63,221 bases of DNA, filler included, from Cercozoa sp. M6MM (GCA_040357565.1; 8 parts of 8 records of this genome joined end to end with filler, not necessarily neighbours in it), one strand, 5' to 3'; shown: positions 1 to 13,300, counted from the whole stretch's first letter. Numbers and translations are program-made. Notes: a model not told the origin generated them from the letters alone.

Positions 1-2630
1 AAAAGTAAGTAGGAGTGCAAGTAGAGTAAGTTAAGGGAATGGAGCTTAAGGGAGTGCGGGGGGGGGGGGGGGGGTAAAACTCGGCCACCTTGCCCAGGAA
101 GCGCAGCATGGCGTCCGTCACGTGCTGGTAGCGCTCCTCGTCCCTGCGGCACAATCGCAGCCGTTCCGTTATATTGTAGCCACACATATTGTAGCCAGCA
201 TATTGTAGTCACATTGTAGCCAGTATATGTGAGGGGGTCCAAATGGACGGTACAAACGGCCTTGTGTGGTACCACTGGACGGCGTCCATCTTGTTGACGG
301 CCAGCACGACGTCGTGCACGCCGAGTGCGCGCGCCAGCACCGCGTGCTCCTTGGTCTGTCCGTCCGCCTGTGTGTGTACACTCGGACCGTACATTTGGAC
401 ACACACTGTAGCCACCTTTGTAGCCACCTTGTAGCCACCTCTAGCCACCCCAGAAATTGCAAAAACACCGACCTCGAAACCGCGCTCGAAAGCGCCGACC
501 GTGGCGTCCACCACGCTGCACGGGGTGGGGTAAAGGGGGTAAGGGGGGAGGTAAAGGGGGAGGGGTAGGGGGATAAGAGGTAGGGTTAGGGGAGGGGTAG
601 GGGGCAAGTACAGAATGGCAGCATCGGCCTGCGTGACACTCGAGATCATCGACGGCACAAAGTGACGGTGTCCTAAGTAGCATCCAAATGGACCGGTCCA
701 AATGGACACGCAGATGGTCCAAACTGTACCAGGCGCATCCAAGAGTGCGAAACGACGGTTCGGCGTGCGGAAGGACGCGCGTGCCACGTCGACCTGTTCA
801 TCGGGGGGGGTAAGGAGGTAACGGGTAGGGGGGGAAAGGGTAGGGGGGTAAAACAAGCAGCAGCAACCGTCACGCCGCGCTCGCGCTCGGTGCTGTCCTG
901 GTCCATCACCCAGGCCAGAGCGAATGATCCTACGGGGGGGGGGGGGGGGTAAGCGGTATAGGGTAGGGTAGGGGTGGTAAAGTACCCTTGCCCATCTCGG
1001 CACTGTCGCGTTGGTGCCGATGCATGTCGCGTTGGTCCACCTGGCCTGTCCAAAGCAAGGTCCAAATCGATTGGTCCAAAGCAAGGTCCAAATGGACTGT
1101 GACTGTGGTCCAAATAAACAGGTCCAAATGGGCACATGGTAGTCAATAGTTAAGGGGGTGCAAGGATACCCTGCTGCAACAGCAGGTGTCCACTCAGCGT
1201 CGACTTGCCCGAGTCGACGTGCCCGATCACGCACACCTGCAGCTGCGGCGTTTCGCTGCTCTGCTCGCGTTTCGCCAGCAGTGCCGCGCGTTTCCTGTAC
1301 CGCACCCTTAAGAAACAACAACAGGCACGGAAAAACAACAAAACAAGATGGTACTCGTGTCGCTTGCGCACCTGCGCCGCCGTATGCGGCTGCATCTGTT
1401 TCGACACGCCGACTTTCGTCGTCGTCGTTGTTGTTTTCGACGTTGTTTTTTTCGACGACGACTTGTGCTTTTTGTCGGGCCGTTTCGTGACCTGCTTGGC
1501 TCGCTCGGCAATGGCCTGAGCAGAGGTATACAAACATAGGGCTATCCGAGTACCGGGCTGTCAAAGGTATCGGATTGAAGGGTAGAGTTACAAGGGTATA
1601 AAGATAAAGATACAATGGTATGGGGGATGCATAGGTAGAAAGTAAGAGGAGGGGGGGGGGGGGGAAAGCTACCACATCATCCGGCGACGGCGTCGAAAAG
1701 TCGAATTCATCTCGACGCGTTTTCGCAATTTCGGTGGCACTGATGGTTTGCTGAAGGAACAGGGGGTGAGGTAAATGGGCAAAGGGTAAAAAGAGACGAC
1801 GGTAAGGAATAAAGGGACAAAGGAATAAAGAGACAAAGAGGGACAGAAGGAAGTACAGTGGCAGGTGCAGCCGGTTCATCTTGCAGGAACTGACCCAGCG
1901 CAGAGGGAGCACCCTGCGAAGACACAATGTCACCAACCTCGAGTTGAGTTTTCGTCTGTTTGGACGATGCAACAGGCGCTCGCTGGTCCATGTGAGTCAA
2001 CAAGTAGGCAACTGCATCATCAACGCTGCCATTGCTTTGCATCAGTGCCTGCAAACGCACATCAAAGCTTCAGTTTTTCATGTTTTAAGTTCTTTTCTTT
2101 TTTGACTGAGAGAATTCTTACCATGCGAATGCGCGCATCCGAGAACTTCGACGCGCCCAGAAACTCCGTGATTTGTGCCACTTTCGCATCCTCATCGTCT
2201 TCTTGCTACAGTTTCCACTTCGCTCGCTGTTTCAAACTGCAAACCACAAACTCAAAAGACAAAACTACTCGAACTTGAAAACTCTCTTGCTGCGGCGCAC
2301 TACACCAAATCACTGATACGACATATCTCAGACGACTCAAAGGTAAAACACACCCTAAGCCAAACGGATCTTCGTCTTCCTCTTCGTCGAAAAAACCCTG
2401 GTCATCCTCCTCCTCTTCTTCGTAGTAGTCTGCGTTTTGCACCAGCACTTGGAACTAACTCACGCACAGTTAAAAGGGGAGGAGCGCACCATCGTACTGC
2501 TGCTCATCGTAGTATTCGTCCAACTCTCGTTGAACGAACCTGCAACATTGTTTCGCATGTGGTTGACCAACGCTGATCATTCCTCAAAAATCCCATGAAA
2601 GCAAACAACGCCGCACCGGTGCCGTGACAT
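1..2630 (-). CDS. HBS1: HBS1-like translational GTPase, multi-exon, 3' end outside the window
   Basis: Spliced reading MSRHRFVQRELDEYYD..., N-terminal helix LQALMQSNGSVDDAVAYLL, G1 VIGHVDSGKST, SFALAWVMDQDSTERERGVT, G3 LLDAPGH, GQTKEHAVLARALGV, G4 VNKMD. Confidence 0.9.
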
Positions 2631-2885
2631 GCCAAAATGCTCCTCAAAACGTCCGGCGCTGTCGAGCACGCTTCAAACAGGCAGATTGCGCTTTCTCCGT
2701 TGAGGGTTTCGCTGTCGATGCGAGATGAGCCCAAAGGGCCCAAAGAGCCCAAACAAAATCTGCATTCCAAACGTTTTCCGTGTCGTCCCTCTGTGTCGTC
2801 GTGGTGTGCACCGATCGGTTATCGTGTGTCAGTCAACAGTTCTGCTCGGTAGACGCAAATCGCGAAAGAAAAAACCAGAAAAAAG

Positions 2886-3237
2886 ATGGATCCCTCGATG
2901 ACGGCCAACTTGAGCGACGCCGAGCGCGCCAAGATGCTCGAGTACATTAATGACATGGGCGTTCGGTATGTTAATTTTAAACGCAGATGTTTGTGTGTAC
3001 GTGTGCTGGAATAAGGGCCTTTGCTTCCACAGCGATCAGCAGCAGATGTTCAACGAGCTTGGCGAGCGGTGTTTCGAAGTGTGTGTCACGAGCTTCCGCC
3101 AAAAGTCGCTCGACAGCTCCGAGCGCGACTGTCTGCGCGACTGCGTCACCAAGTTCCTCAACACGACGCAGCGCGTGCTGCAGCGCTTCCAGGAGCAGCA
3201 GGCGGCGCAGCAGGATCCTGCCGGCCAAGTGGCATAA
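2886..3237 (+). CDS. TIM9: Small Tim chaperone (Tim9-like), 1 intron
   Basis: MFNELGERCFEVCVTSFRQKSLDSSERDCLRDCVTKFL...RVLQRF: twin CX3C motif with Tim9-type context. Confidence 0.85.
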
Positions 3238-3360
3238 AAACGAAGTCACCTGTCGTAGCCAGTCGAAGATTTCTTTTTTTAAACTTCGTTTGTGTGTATT
3301 TGGATTCAATTTAGTTCTTTCGTTAATCTAAAGACTGACGCCTCGCTCCAGTTACGTTAC

Positions 3361-4114
3361 TTACACAGAAAACATGCCCTTGCAGCAGTTCTTGAAGGCA
3401 GAGCGACCGTACGGAATATAGGACAGCGCGTACCTAAGAACAGCAAACGTATGAAAGTGCCACATCTGTCCGTACAAACAGTCGAGTACCAGAAGAGCGC
3501 GATCCACTGCACGATGAGACAGAGCACGACAAGACCGGGATTCTTGATGGTGAAAGCCACCACCAGTGTCAGTACGAGTGACACCAGGTACACGACCTGT
3601 GAGGAAACACATCTGCTAACCCCATGACACTTGAAGCACGAAGAAAGCTACCGTGGCAATGACTCGTTTCTTGTCGAACATTCGCTTAAGTTGCTTCATC
3701 GGTCCTGCACAAGCGTCAGGGGATGTACGAAGAAAAAACGCAAAAAGCAGTCCTACCCATGAGGAACATGGAGCCGGCGATACTCAGGATGTTGCCGAAA
3801 GTGTAGGGAACTGCGAATTTCTTCAAAAACAAAAAACAAAATGACTCATAGCAATGTTCAGTCAAGAAAGAACACCTCAGGATGATCGGCGATGTTGAGA
3901 ACGAAGAAACACGAGATGATCGACATCATAATGCCCAGCGCAAAGCAGATGCCAAAGCCCCATACTCGCTGCTTGTACGTCAGTCTGCCCGAAACGAAAG
4001 CAGTAAAAAAATTGACGCTCATCCACAGCGGTTTATTGCAACGCACGAGCAGCATTCAAAGTCGTCTTGCTCCTCCTCTTCGTTTCCAAGAAGGTTACGC
4101 ACCGAGAGTGACAT
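3361..4114 (-). CDS. SFT2: SFT2/Got1-family vesicle transport protein, multi-exon
   Basis: LTYKQRVWGFGICF, KFAVPYTFGNILS, FLMGPMKQLKRMF, WYALSYIPYGR after joining GT-AG exons. Confidence 0.9.
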
Positions 4115-4510
4115 CTTGTACCGCCTGTCGTTGCGATTTACCTTGTTGCGATCAGCAAAAAATTATTTGGCCTCACTGGCACCTGTTCCTCACCACAGGC
4201 ACTGCAATTAACCTAAAACAGGACCGGCACACAACTAAAGCACCAGAGAGCACAGCTCCAAACTGAGCCAGAATTCGTTGAGAAAACACTTTTGATTGGT
4301 TCTGCCAGTCGTTTTTCAGAGCTCATTTGGCAATTTAACTCTCGGTCTGACTTTAAGCCACTCTCTTACGACGTCCCTCAATTTTTCTATCAGCGTCATT
4401 AGGAAGCGAAATTCCCTCAACTACGTCATATAGAGAAAACCCTACAGGCCACTGACGCACTTTAACGTATTTTGTTTAGTTATTAGACCTACCTTTCAAC
4501 ACGAACACCT

Positions 4511-5506
4511 ATGAGGTACATTGATACTTCTTTTTTTGGTATTTGACAATTTGTTGTGCACCTTAGTCACGCACTCCCCAAGCTTCTCGTCTTTGATCTC
4601 GACGACACCTTGGTAAGTGCTTGTATGTTTTTGTGTTGACTTTGACGATTGCGAACAGTGGTACCCGGAGATGTACATGTTGGATGGCGCACCTTTCACA
4701 AGGGACGAGTCGGGCACCGTCCGCGACTGCAGTGGCACTGAGGTGGACCTCATCGGCGACACCCGTACCTCAGACTATTTCAGATTGTCTAATGCGAATA
4801 CTTAACGCATTCATTAGGCGAGATTCTGGAGATGCTTCGAAGGTGCCTCAGCTTGGATGTGTAAAGTAAATTGCCACTGCGAAAAACTGCAGAGAACCCG
4901 AATGGAAGCACACTCGGATCGCGTATGCTTCGCGCACTTTCTACCCAGAGAGGGCAGCTGAGTGCCTCAAACTCATCGAGATTGGTGCGATTTGTATCGT
5001 TTTACACACCGAATTATCTCTCGACTTTCTTAGAGGACGTTCAGTGGAGCGGCAGCGACAGTGGCAGCTCTGCGCGAACTTCGTAATTCCTACGTTTTTT
5101 CTTCTGATTGTCTAGGCATCTTTGTGTGTGTTGGCAGCATGATGGAACTAACGGAGCTGCAAGAGATCTACCCTGGCGACAAGAAGGATCACTTTCGCAA
5201 GTTCGCGCACAAGAGCGGCGTCGAATTCAAGGACATGATTTTGTGCGTTCTTGATTTTTCCGGTTTGAGGTTTGACAAACTGGAACCTTTTTGCCTTCAG
5301 TTTCGACAATGAGTATCGCAACGTTCGGAGCGTCAGTTCTCTTGGCGTTCACTCAGTTTACACGGTAAGCTGATCATTGTTGACCCACCCTCCTCAATAC
5401 ACGCTTTCACCAGCCCGACGGCTTGACATGGGATTTTTTCCAAACCGGCGTCACCCAGTGGCAAAAGGCGCGCGGCCACTCACCTCACTACTTTGGCGAT
5501 GACTGA
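4511..5506 (+). CDS. MDP1: Magnesium-dependent phosphatase 1 (HAD class IIIC), multi-exon
   Basis: LPKLLVFDLDDTLW, AYASRT, EIYPGDKKDHF, FFDNEYRN, PDGLTW; the joined exons stay in frame. Confidence 0.9.
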
Positions 5507-5742
5507 AAGCCGTTGCGGATGCACCCGGCCCTGGCCCAGGTAGTGATTGTCGCCCGCGTGCTTAAGGCTAAGGCACGAGTAGAGTCTCGAAGATGATCAT
5601 TTTACTTTTATAAAAAATAAAAAAAGCTCTGTTTAATTCGCTTTACGGGCTTCCCAGACGAATTAAACAGAACTTTTTGCCGCAGAGTTGCACTGCGCGT
5701 GGCGCGGCTTGAGCCCAGCCGAGGTGAAACAAATTTATTTTC

Positions 5743-7764
5743 ATGTTTCTCGGCGCTTCAGTTTTTCGCTGCTGTTCAGGGATGCTGGTACCAGGGCGAA
5801 CTGTCGCCACGCGCGTGTTGATCTCCTTCCTGGTCTTTGTCCTCGTCATCTTTGTCTGGTCGCCAGCTGCCATCCACGAGCATGTGTTGCGCGGAGATAG
5901 TTTTGTCGAAATCGACGAAGGTTCCGAGCCCGACTTGTCGCTGCTCCAATTCGAGCCACATGAAACAGTGCAAGTTGGATCACTGCATGATGTGTCCATG
6001 CGGTCGGAAGGATCACATTCTTTCCTGACCTTGATGGCGGCTGAAGTGGACGAACGGGACTTGTCCGCGCGGACGCGACTTGATACTGAAATGTTCGCGT
6101 CTGTGTTCTTGGGCTTCTGGCAGAGTCACAATCTTGTACTATCTCTATCAATCGTTGAAGCGAGTGTTTGACTCTGCGGTTGTGCAGATACCTCCACCTT
6201 TCACTCGAGATGAGCACACTTTGTGGCAACTCTGGAGGAAGCACAATCGTTGCTGGTCGTCACAGGGCCAAGTGCACCTCACTGCGAGCTACTTTGGCGA
6301 AATGGAAGGTTGGGCACGCTACGGTTTTCCACATCGCGAGGGTCCGCGCAATCAATGGTACTGCAGATTTCTCTACGTTCACAAGCTTCGAGGAGAGAGA
6401 ACTGTAGGGTTCTGGATTTGAGGGTCGAAAAGAGCCTCTGGCAGTCCAAAGCCGAAGTTCACTGCATTCTGGCCATTGCAAAGCGTCTAGACTACACTCC
6501 TGATCCAGGTGACATCATTTGATATGCTTGAAGCTGATTTTCAAAGTGTTGTGAATGCAACTGGAACAGAGTTTAATGAGCCAGTTGAAGTCTGGCAAGC
6601 ACGCAGTGCTCATTCACTCCTATCGTTTTCCTTTCGACTTGGGTCAGTTCTAAGGGCTTTATTTTTGTAACACTAAGTTTCAACTTTTGTTTCGAGCAGA
6701 AGCTCGCTGCAGCAGGACGTGTTTGGCAATGCGAACATCGTTGACGAGGCCAGCTCGGTGGCTCTCATGACAGGTCCAGTTTGGGGTTCTGCCGCACTGC
6801 AATCGGGACAAATTGGAACCTTTGTGTCTCATGGTATGAAACAGTTCACCCAGTGTTTCATTTCATTGTTTATCGAGTTTGGCTCAATGCCCAGTTTTGA
6901 ATCGACTGCAACCGTCAGTTTGGCTCGTCTACGCCGCCGACGAAACCGCCGTTGATCGACTTCGCGCACTCGTTTCTGCCGAGTCTACAGGTACTCTGTG
7001 ATACTAACTTTTGCTCCGTTTTATACTCTTATCTCCGCGTCTCAACAGACACAACACAAGTGCGCATCGTACACTGGTTCAACAAATACGACAGGAGTCA
7101 TCCAGAAGATTATTTCGACGACATTGTGCAACGTGCCCAGTATGCTTGACTGAGAGGAAGGAGTAAGAGGGGGCACAAACAAGAGTGTTTGTAGATGGGC
7201 CGCCGAGCAACACGCGTTGCGTTTGGTGGCGAAAAATGTCACTTTTTTCGGCGTGATGGACGCCGACGAGCGCTTGCACGTCACACAGCATGGCCGCGCT
7301 CTCGCCCAGGTAGCTCCTTGCTTAAGCCGCCTACCTGGCTTATTTTACCTTCCTTTATCCCTGTGCTGCTTTGAAAGGGAATTCTTCCTGCGATAGCGAA
7401 AAGCACATCGACGTATTTCGTGGCATGGGACAGCATCGCACAGTATCAGGTGCTCGGTGTTTCTTAACTTACACCTTAAACACACTTACTCCCTCCACTT
7501 GGACAGAGCGTGGGTCACATGGCACGCGACGACAGCGATGTCGAACAGTGCGATGTTGAGAGACTGGGGTGGGCGGGAGGTGGCAGTGTGTCATGCAAAA
7601 GGGCTTGCGCGTCAATTTGCCAGGTTGGTTCGTACAGTTTGAGTGTCAACTTACGGTTGAGTTTCCACTATCGCTGTGTAGTTCTCGCGGCAAAATTGGG
7701 GAAACAAGCTTGGAGGTCACGTGAGAGAACTGTGATTCCATCATGTAAAAGGATGAACACATAG
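5743..7764 (+). CDS. Putative type II membrane glycosyltransferase (GT-A, GT92/GT2-like); boundaries approximate
   Basis: N-terminal TM anchor VLISFLVFVLVIFVW; exon near 7195-7310 reads WAAEQHALRLVAKNVTFFGVMDADERLHV (DxD motif). Confidence 0.4.
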
Positions 7765-7829
7765 CATTCCCTCGGCGGATCTCCAGAGAGCGGACTCGAA
7801 ACATCGGTCCCGCAGAAGGGTCCGTGATG

Positions 7830-8100
7830 TCACGAGCAGCGTGTCTGTTGCTGGGAAAGCAACTCGGCGAAGATGACTCGAAGGATCTTGTCATCTCGCT
7901 TGATCTCGTAAACACCGTTGCCGAGGCAGCGTGTGACCTGCCAGCCACATTCCCAACGAGGTCCGGCTTTACGGTCGAGTAGGTTTGATGCGAAAGGACG
8001 GAGATGTCGCGGCGGACAAACTCACCTACCTAGTGCGAGAACTGTGATGCTGCTGGTTGTACTCAGCGACTTGCTTGTGCGCTTCCTGTACTGCTCCAGA
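7830..8100 (-). mobile_element. Degenerate LTR-retrotransposon (Ty3/Gypsy-like) integrase C-terminal remnant
   Basis: Across two frameshifts reads QVAEYNQQH / VGEFVRR / KAGPRWECGWQVTRCLGNGVYEI, resembling the integrase GPY/F module (KLxPRWxGPYxVxxxxGNGxYxL). No LTRs seen. Confidence 0.45.
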
Positions 8101-8234
8101 CTTTGCTTAAGTTCCTTAGTTTTCTTGTATCACTGGCAAAGTACCCTCAATTTACCAAAGCCTGATCCCTATCTGAGAGGGCTGCGGTAACAAAGGTGCT
8201 CTAGCGCCGAAATTAAACGAAACATAAAGTCCGG

Positions 8235-10143
8235 TCAGCCGAGTCGAGTGACTCCGGTTTTCGCCTTCAACCACGCCGTGTGTTCCAACAGTTTATCTGC
8301 GCGCTTGTCGAGATCCACACCGTCAACATCAGCGCCGAAAGAGGTGAAGCCACGTTTCTTCTGATCGAATTCGCCACTACCACACCACGCGAACACCTGA
8401 TTGAGACAGTCAAAAGAGCTGTAGTACGTACCTGTAGACTTGGTCACAAGTACTCGCCAGAGGAAACTCGTTCGGTGTGGCACGAATCATGCGCAAATAC
8501 TGCTGGACTGACTCAGCATCTGCGCCAAATAACTGCATCAGTTCCGTTTCCTCAGCAGTCCGCTCCACCTCACTACAGCAACGGACAAACACATTTTGGT
8601 TTTTTTCGAAAGCAAAAAACAAAAACGCACTGTCCAAACAAAAAGGCGCGCACGAGTGCCTGCGAGTGCAACTGCCACTCCTTTCTCTGGGACGGTGAGT
8701 AGTGCCAAAACCGAGGCTATTCAGACAGATCTGTGGTAGTCAAAACGAACAAATACGAAAATATGGCTACCTTTGGAGCAGGGTGGGTGGCGGCGTACTC
8801 GTGATAGATGGCGTCGTGTGACATGGCGTAGACGTGGTACCCGTGTGCCTCCAAACGAATCTGCATGAGCACCTCCTCACCAAAGAAAAGCACCGGCGTC
8901 CAGGGCGCATAGGGCACTTGGGCCACTCGCTCAAGTTTCGAAAAACTAAATTGCGCGCCCTAAAAAAAAATGAGTTCGCTTGTTTTTCAACGCAATATAA
9001 TAAAACTACAGCCAGAAAGAAAGCTACCCAAGAAAGATGCCGCAGCGGTCTCGTGTCGATGAACTCGCGCAGTGCATGATCATCAGGCAAAGCCAGAAAC
9101 TCGGGGACCGGCACGAAGTTGGCACCGTCCCGGTGAACAGGCAGACCGCCGTCCGAGTCACTCGGAAGAGAAACGCACATGACGATCATCTCAGGCACCA
9201 GATCCTCATGTGACTCGTCTTCGTCCAAAGAGAATTCGTCAAACGCTCGTTCTTCTGAGTTGACCAGTTTGGTGATGTTGCTGCTGCTGTTTTTGCCTTT
9301 CTGCAGCAGTAAACGACGCTCGTCGAAACTCAGCGACGGCGCGAAACGATGGCTACAACAAAACAAAAACCAAAAAGCAAACATCAGTCATGCAAACAGA
9401 TCAGTTTTGTCTGTATTTACATTTCTTGAGCATAATTTGGCATTTCGGTCACTGACTTCGGGTAGCCACTTAGCACGGCACCTGTTACAGAAACCAAGGT
9501 CATTTCGAATCCGGGAAACGTGCAAGGAAATACTGGGATCAAGAGTGGCGAGCCAGGAGGCAACAAGTGTGGCATCCCAGTCGGGTGCCCATGCCATGTG
9601 CGCATCGATCTGCAGAAAGAAAGCGTCCTCACTGACGAGTGAACGAAACTCTTGCAACACAAGCATGTCCTGTCGGTAGCGCGCCCACGTGGGACCCAAG
9701 GCCTCGCGAGCATCCGCGCGGAACACTCGCACCGCTGACTGGTACGCACACACCTGCGGTCGCGCAGACTCGTTCTGCAAGCAGATCTCGGACCACTCGA
9801 TACATGGACTGTCCAACGACTCTATCGACTGCTCCAGCACGACGACGCCGAGTCGCGAAGCGTTGCGCGCCTGCTCGAACGCATCCAGCACCGTCCGCCG
9901 ACATCGATCATCTCGGAACTGCCCAAAAACAGAAACGTCCTTTCTTCCCCACTGAACTCTAGAGTCTCTGAAAAGCGTATATACCGAAGAAACGCCAATG
10001 ACGATATCGGCACCCAAAACGAGCGACCTCGGCTCGGCGTTTCTCACACCGACGTTTCTCACAACATCAGCAGCTGATCGATCTGCGTCAATGACGACCA
10101 GGCAGAGCACGACCACGACAGATACAATACGCACCCATACCAT
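8235..10143 (-). CDS. GT60 polypeptide alpha-GlcNAc transferase-like protein with N-terminal signal/anchor
   Basis: IVIGVSS-FRDDRCRRTV, EALGPTWARY, FFLQIDAHM..DWDATL, VLSGYP, VPYAPWTPVLFFGEE, IYHEY. Confidence 0.85.
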
Positions 10144-10367
10144 AAGCAAAGTGCTTGACACTATCTGCGCCTCTAAATAACACGCGTACTGCGAAATCAC
10201 AGAAGCCTCGTCCCCTTAATTTTTGGCTACCGCTCGATGTTACCAGACGCGCTACTGGCTGCTCTGAGTGTGTGTGCGTGGTGTCACTGGCTAGTTGGCT
10301 GTGTTTCTAGACGTTGAACGGGCGTAGAATTCTTTTCTAGGTCGAGGACACTGGGTACGACGCAGCC

Positions 10368-13300
10368 ATGGCCATGTTCGACGAAGGCTTCCCCGAGCAC
10401 AGCGACGAGGAGCTCTTGTGTCTGTTGTTCTCTACAAAATCAGAAGCAGGCCCAATAACACATGTTCGAAATGATTTTGTATTTTTCGGGGTCCACTGGT
10501 TCTTTTATCTGACCTTGGTTTGCGTGTGTTGCTGTCGCTGCCACAGCTGGCGATGAGGGCGACTTTGATCGCGTCGACGACAGGCTGGACCTTCCAGATG
10601 CCCTGCGAGACACGTCGCCGATTTCGCAGAAGGTTAGGCTTTTCGAGCGTTGGCAGGCGAAAATAGAGCTTTATCTGATCGCGATTGCTTCAACAGGACT
10701 CATGGACAGTGATCGATGCCTGTTTCAGCGAAAAAGCGATGGTTCGACAGCAGCTCGACTCTTTCAACGAGGTGCATTGTTATTTTTCAGTTTTGAAAAG
10801 CTCGAAAGATGTGAAGCGCCAAAAACCAAGAATGATTGATTGTAAAAATTGCAGTGCTTGAAAACCGAGTTGCAAAACATCATCAATCAAATGCGACCGA
10901 TAGAGGTAGATTAGACTCCTTGTTCTTAGTTTTTCGACTACGCTTCCTTGATGTTGCACAGGTGATGGGCATGCCACGACCAGTGCAGCTGGACGACGAC
11001 ATGGCGTACGACGACGACTTTGACGGACTGGAGGAGCGACCCAAAGTCGTGATTCGCTTCGGACAGATCTACCTGACGCCGCCGACTATTCTGGTAGCAC
11101 TAGCTGGTACAGGGGAGGGGTAAAGGATGTGCGTACAGTTGAAAGACTGCAACGAGCGCGAGCCGCTGCTGCCGCATGTGGCACGTATTCGCAACTTGAC
11201 CTACTCGGCCACACTGACATGCGACGTAACTCGCGAGGTCTATAAGGTGTGCTTCACTCCTCCTTTACCCCCTTAGGCTTTGATCCTTCTCCTTTACCCC
11301 CACCTGTCCCAGGTGCGCGATACGAAAGACGGCGGCGTCGAAGAAATCTTGACGCAACACGCCGATTCCGAGCGAGTGTTTTTGGGTAACTTTTACTCGA
11401 CCCCCTACCCCCTGACCCCTATCCCTTACCCCCGTACCCTTCCAGGTGAGGTGCCAGTGATGCTGCGAAGTGAGTTCTGCAATCTGCATCGTGCCGTGCA
11501 GCGACTGGAAGAAGCGTGAGTTTTACCCCCCCTACCTGCCTACCTCTTTACCCCCCACCCGCCTCCTTACCCGACCCCAGTATCGCGCACTCGGACGAGG
11601 AGTGGTCACCTGCGCACATCGAAGAAATCAAAACGCAGAAACTCGCCGAGATGGGCGAGTGCTCTTTCGATAAGGTTTTACCCCCTCCCCTACACCCTTT
11701 ACCCCCTTTACCCTTTACCCCCCCCCTGTATCCCTGTAAGTAGGGTGGCTACTTCATCATCAACGGCAAGGAGAAGGTGCTGATCGCACAGGAACGCATG
11801 GGCGCCAACCATGTCTATTGCTTCGAGAACAATCGCGGCGGGCATACGGTAGTTCTTAGCCTAGTTCTTACCCCTTTACCCCTACCCTCCACCCCCTCCT
11901 TCACCTACCCCTTTACCCCGTTACCCCCTCAGGCGGAGATTCGATCGGTGCCAGAAAAAGGCGGCCGCACGATTTTTGCGTTTCAGGTTTACCCCCCCCC
12001 CCCCCCTTTACTCCCCTTTACCCCCCTTTGCCCTTTACCCCCCTAACTTCGCAGGTGAAGCTGCAAGAGGACGTTCGTGGTGGCAACGGTCGCGTCATGT
12101 TTGTGTCGCTGCCGTACATCAAGGAAGACATTCCTGTGGGTACTCCCCCTTTACCCCCTTTACCCCTTACCTTTACCCCTTACCCTCTTACCCCTCTTAC
12201 CCCCCCCCCAGGCATCGTGTTCCGCGCACTGGGACTGCAGCACGCGCGCGACGTGATGGCACACATCGTGCACGACACCTCTGACACGCAGATGATCGAG
12301 TTGTACCCCCCTACCTACCTAGCTTTTACCCCTACCTACCTAGCCTTTACCACCTATCTACATACCTTTTACCCCCCCCCCCCTGCCTACCTACTTTTTA
12401 CCCCCTGCCTACATACCTTTTACCCCCTGCCTACCTACCTTTTACCCCCTGCCTACATACCTTTTACCCCTGCCTACCTACCTTTTACTCCCTACTTCCC
12501 TACCTTTTACTCCCTTNNNNNNNNNNNNNNNNNNNNNNNNNNNNNNNNNNNNNNNNNNNNNNNNNNNNNNNNNNNNNNNNNNNNNNNNNNNNNNNNNNNN
12601 NNNNNNNNNNNNNNNNCCCCCCCCCCCCCCCAGGGTGCGACCGAGTATCGAACACGCGAGTGCGATCACGTCGGTTGAAATGGCGCTCGATTATATCGGC
12701 CGACGTGGTGCCAAGGTGGGTCGTTTTACCCCTTACCTCTTACTCCTGCCCCCTTTCCCCCCCCCCTTTACCCCCTTTACCCCCCTTTACCCCCCAGCCT
12801 GGTGTGTCACGTGGCGAGCGTATCGCGTTCGCGCGGCAGATTCTGCAGCGGTATTACCCCCTTGGCCCCTACCCTCCCTTTACCCCCCCCCCCGTAGTGA
12901 GCTGCTGCCACATCTGACGTCGATTGGCATCTCTGTGTTGGACAATGTATGTTTACCCCCCCCCCATATCCCTTTACCTCCATACCCCTTTACCCCCACA
13001 CCCCCCTAACCCTTTTCCCCCTTCCCCCCCCCCAGGTGGACGAAGGCGACGTACTGAAACGCGTGCAGCTCGAAAAGGAAGCCGAGGCTGCTGCACAGGT
13101 ATACCCCTTTACCTCTTGTCCCTTTTCCCCCTTACCCCTCCCCTTACCCCTTTACCCCCTTACCCCTTTACCCTTACCCCTACCCCCTCCCCTATACTTA
13201 ACCCCTCCCTTTACCCCCTGTCGCAGGAGCAGTCGCTGTCGCAGAAGGCGTACTTTTTGGGCTACATGATCAACAAGCTGCTCAACACGGCGCTCGGTCG

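Noticed and set aside
4511-5506. Stop-codon reassignment
   Set aside because: In-frame stops are explained by introns, and TAA, TAG and TGA all end conserved proteins at the expected positions.
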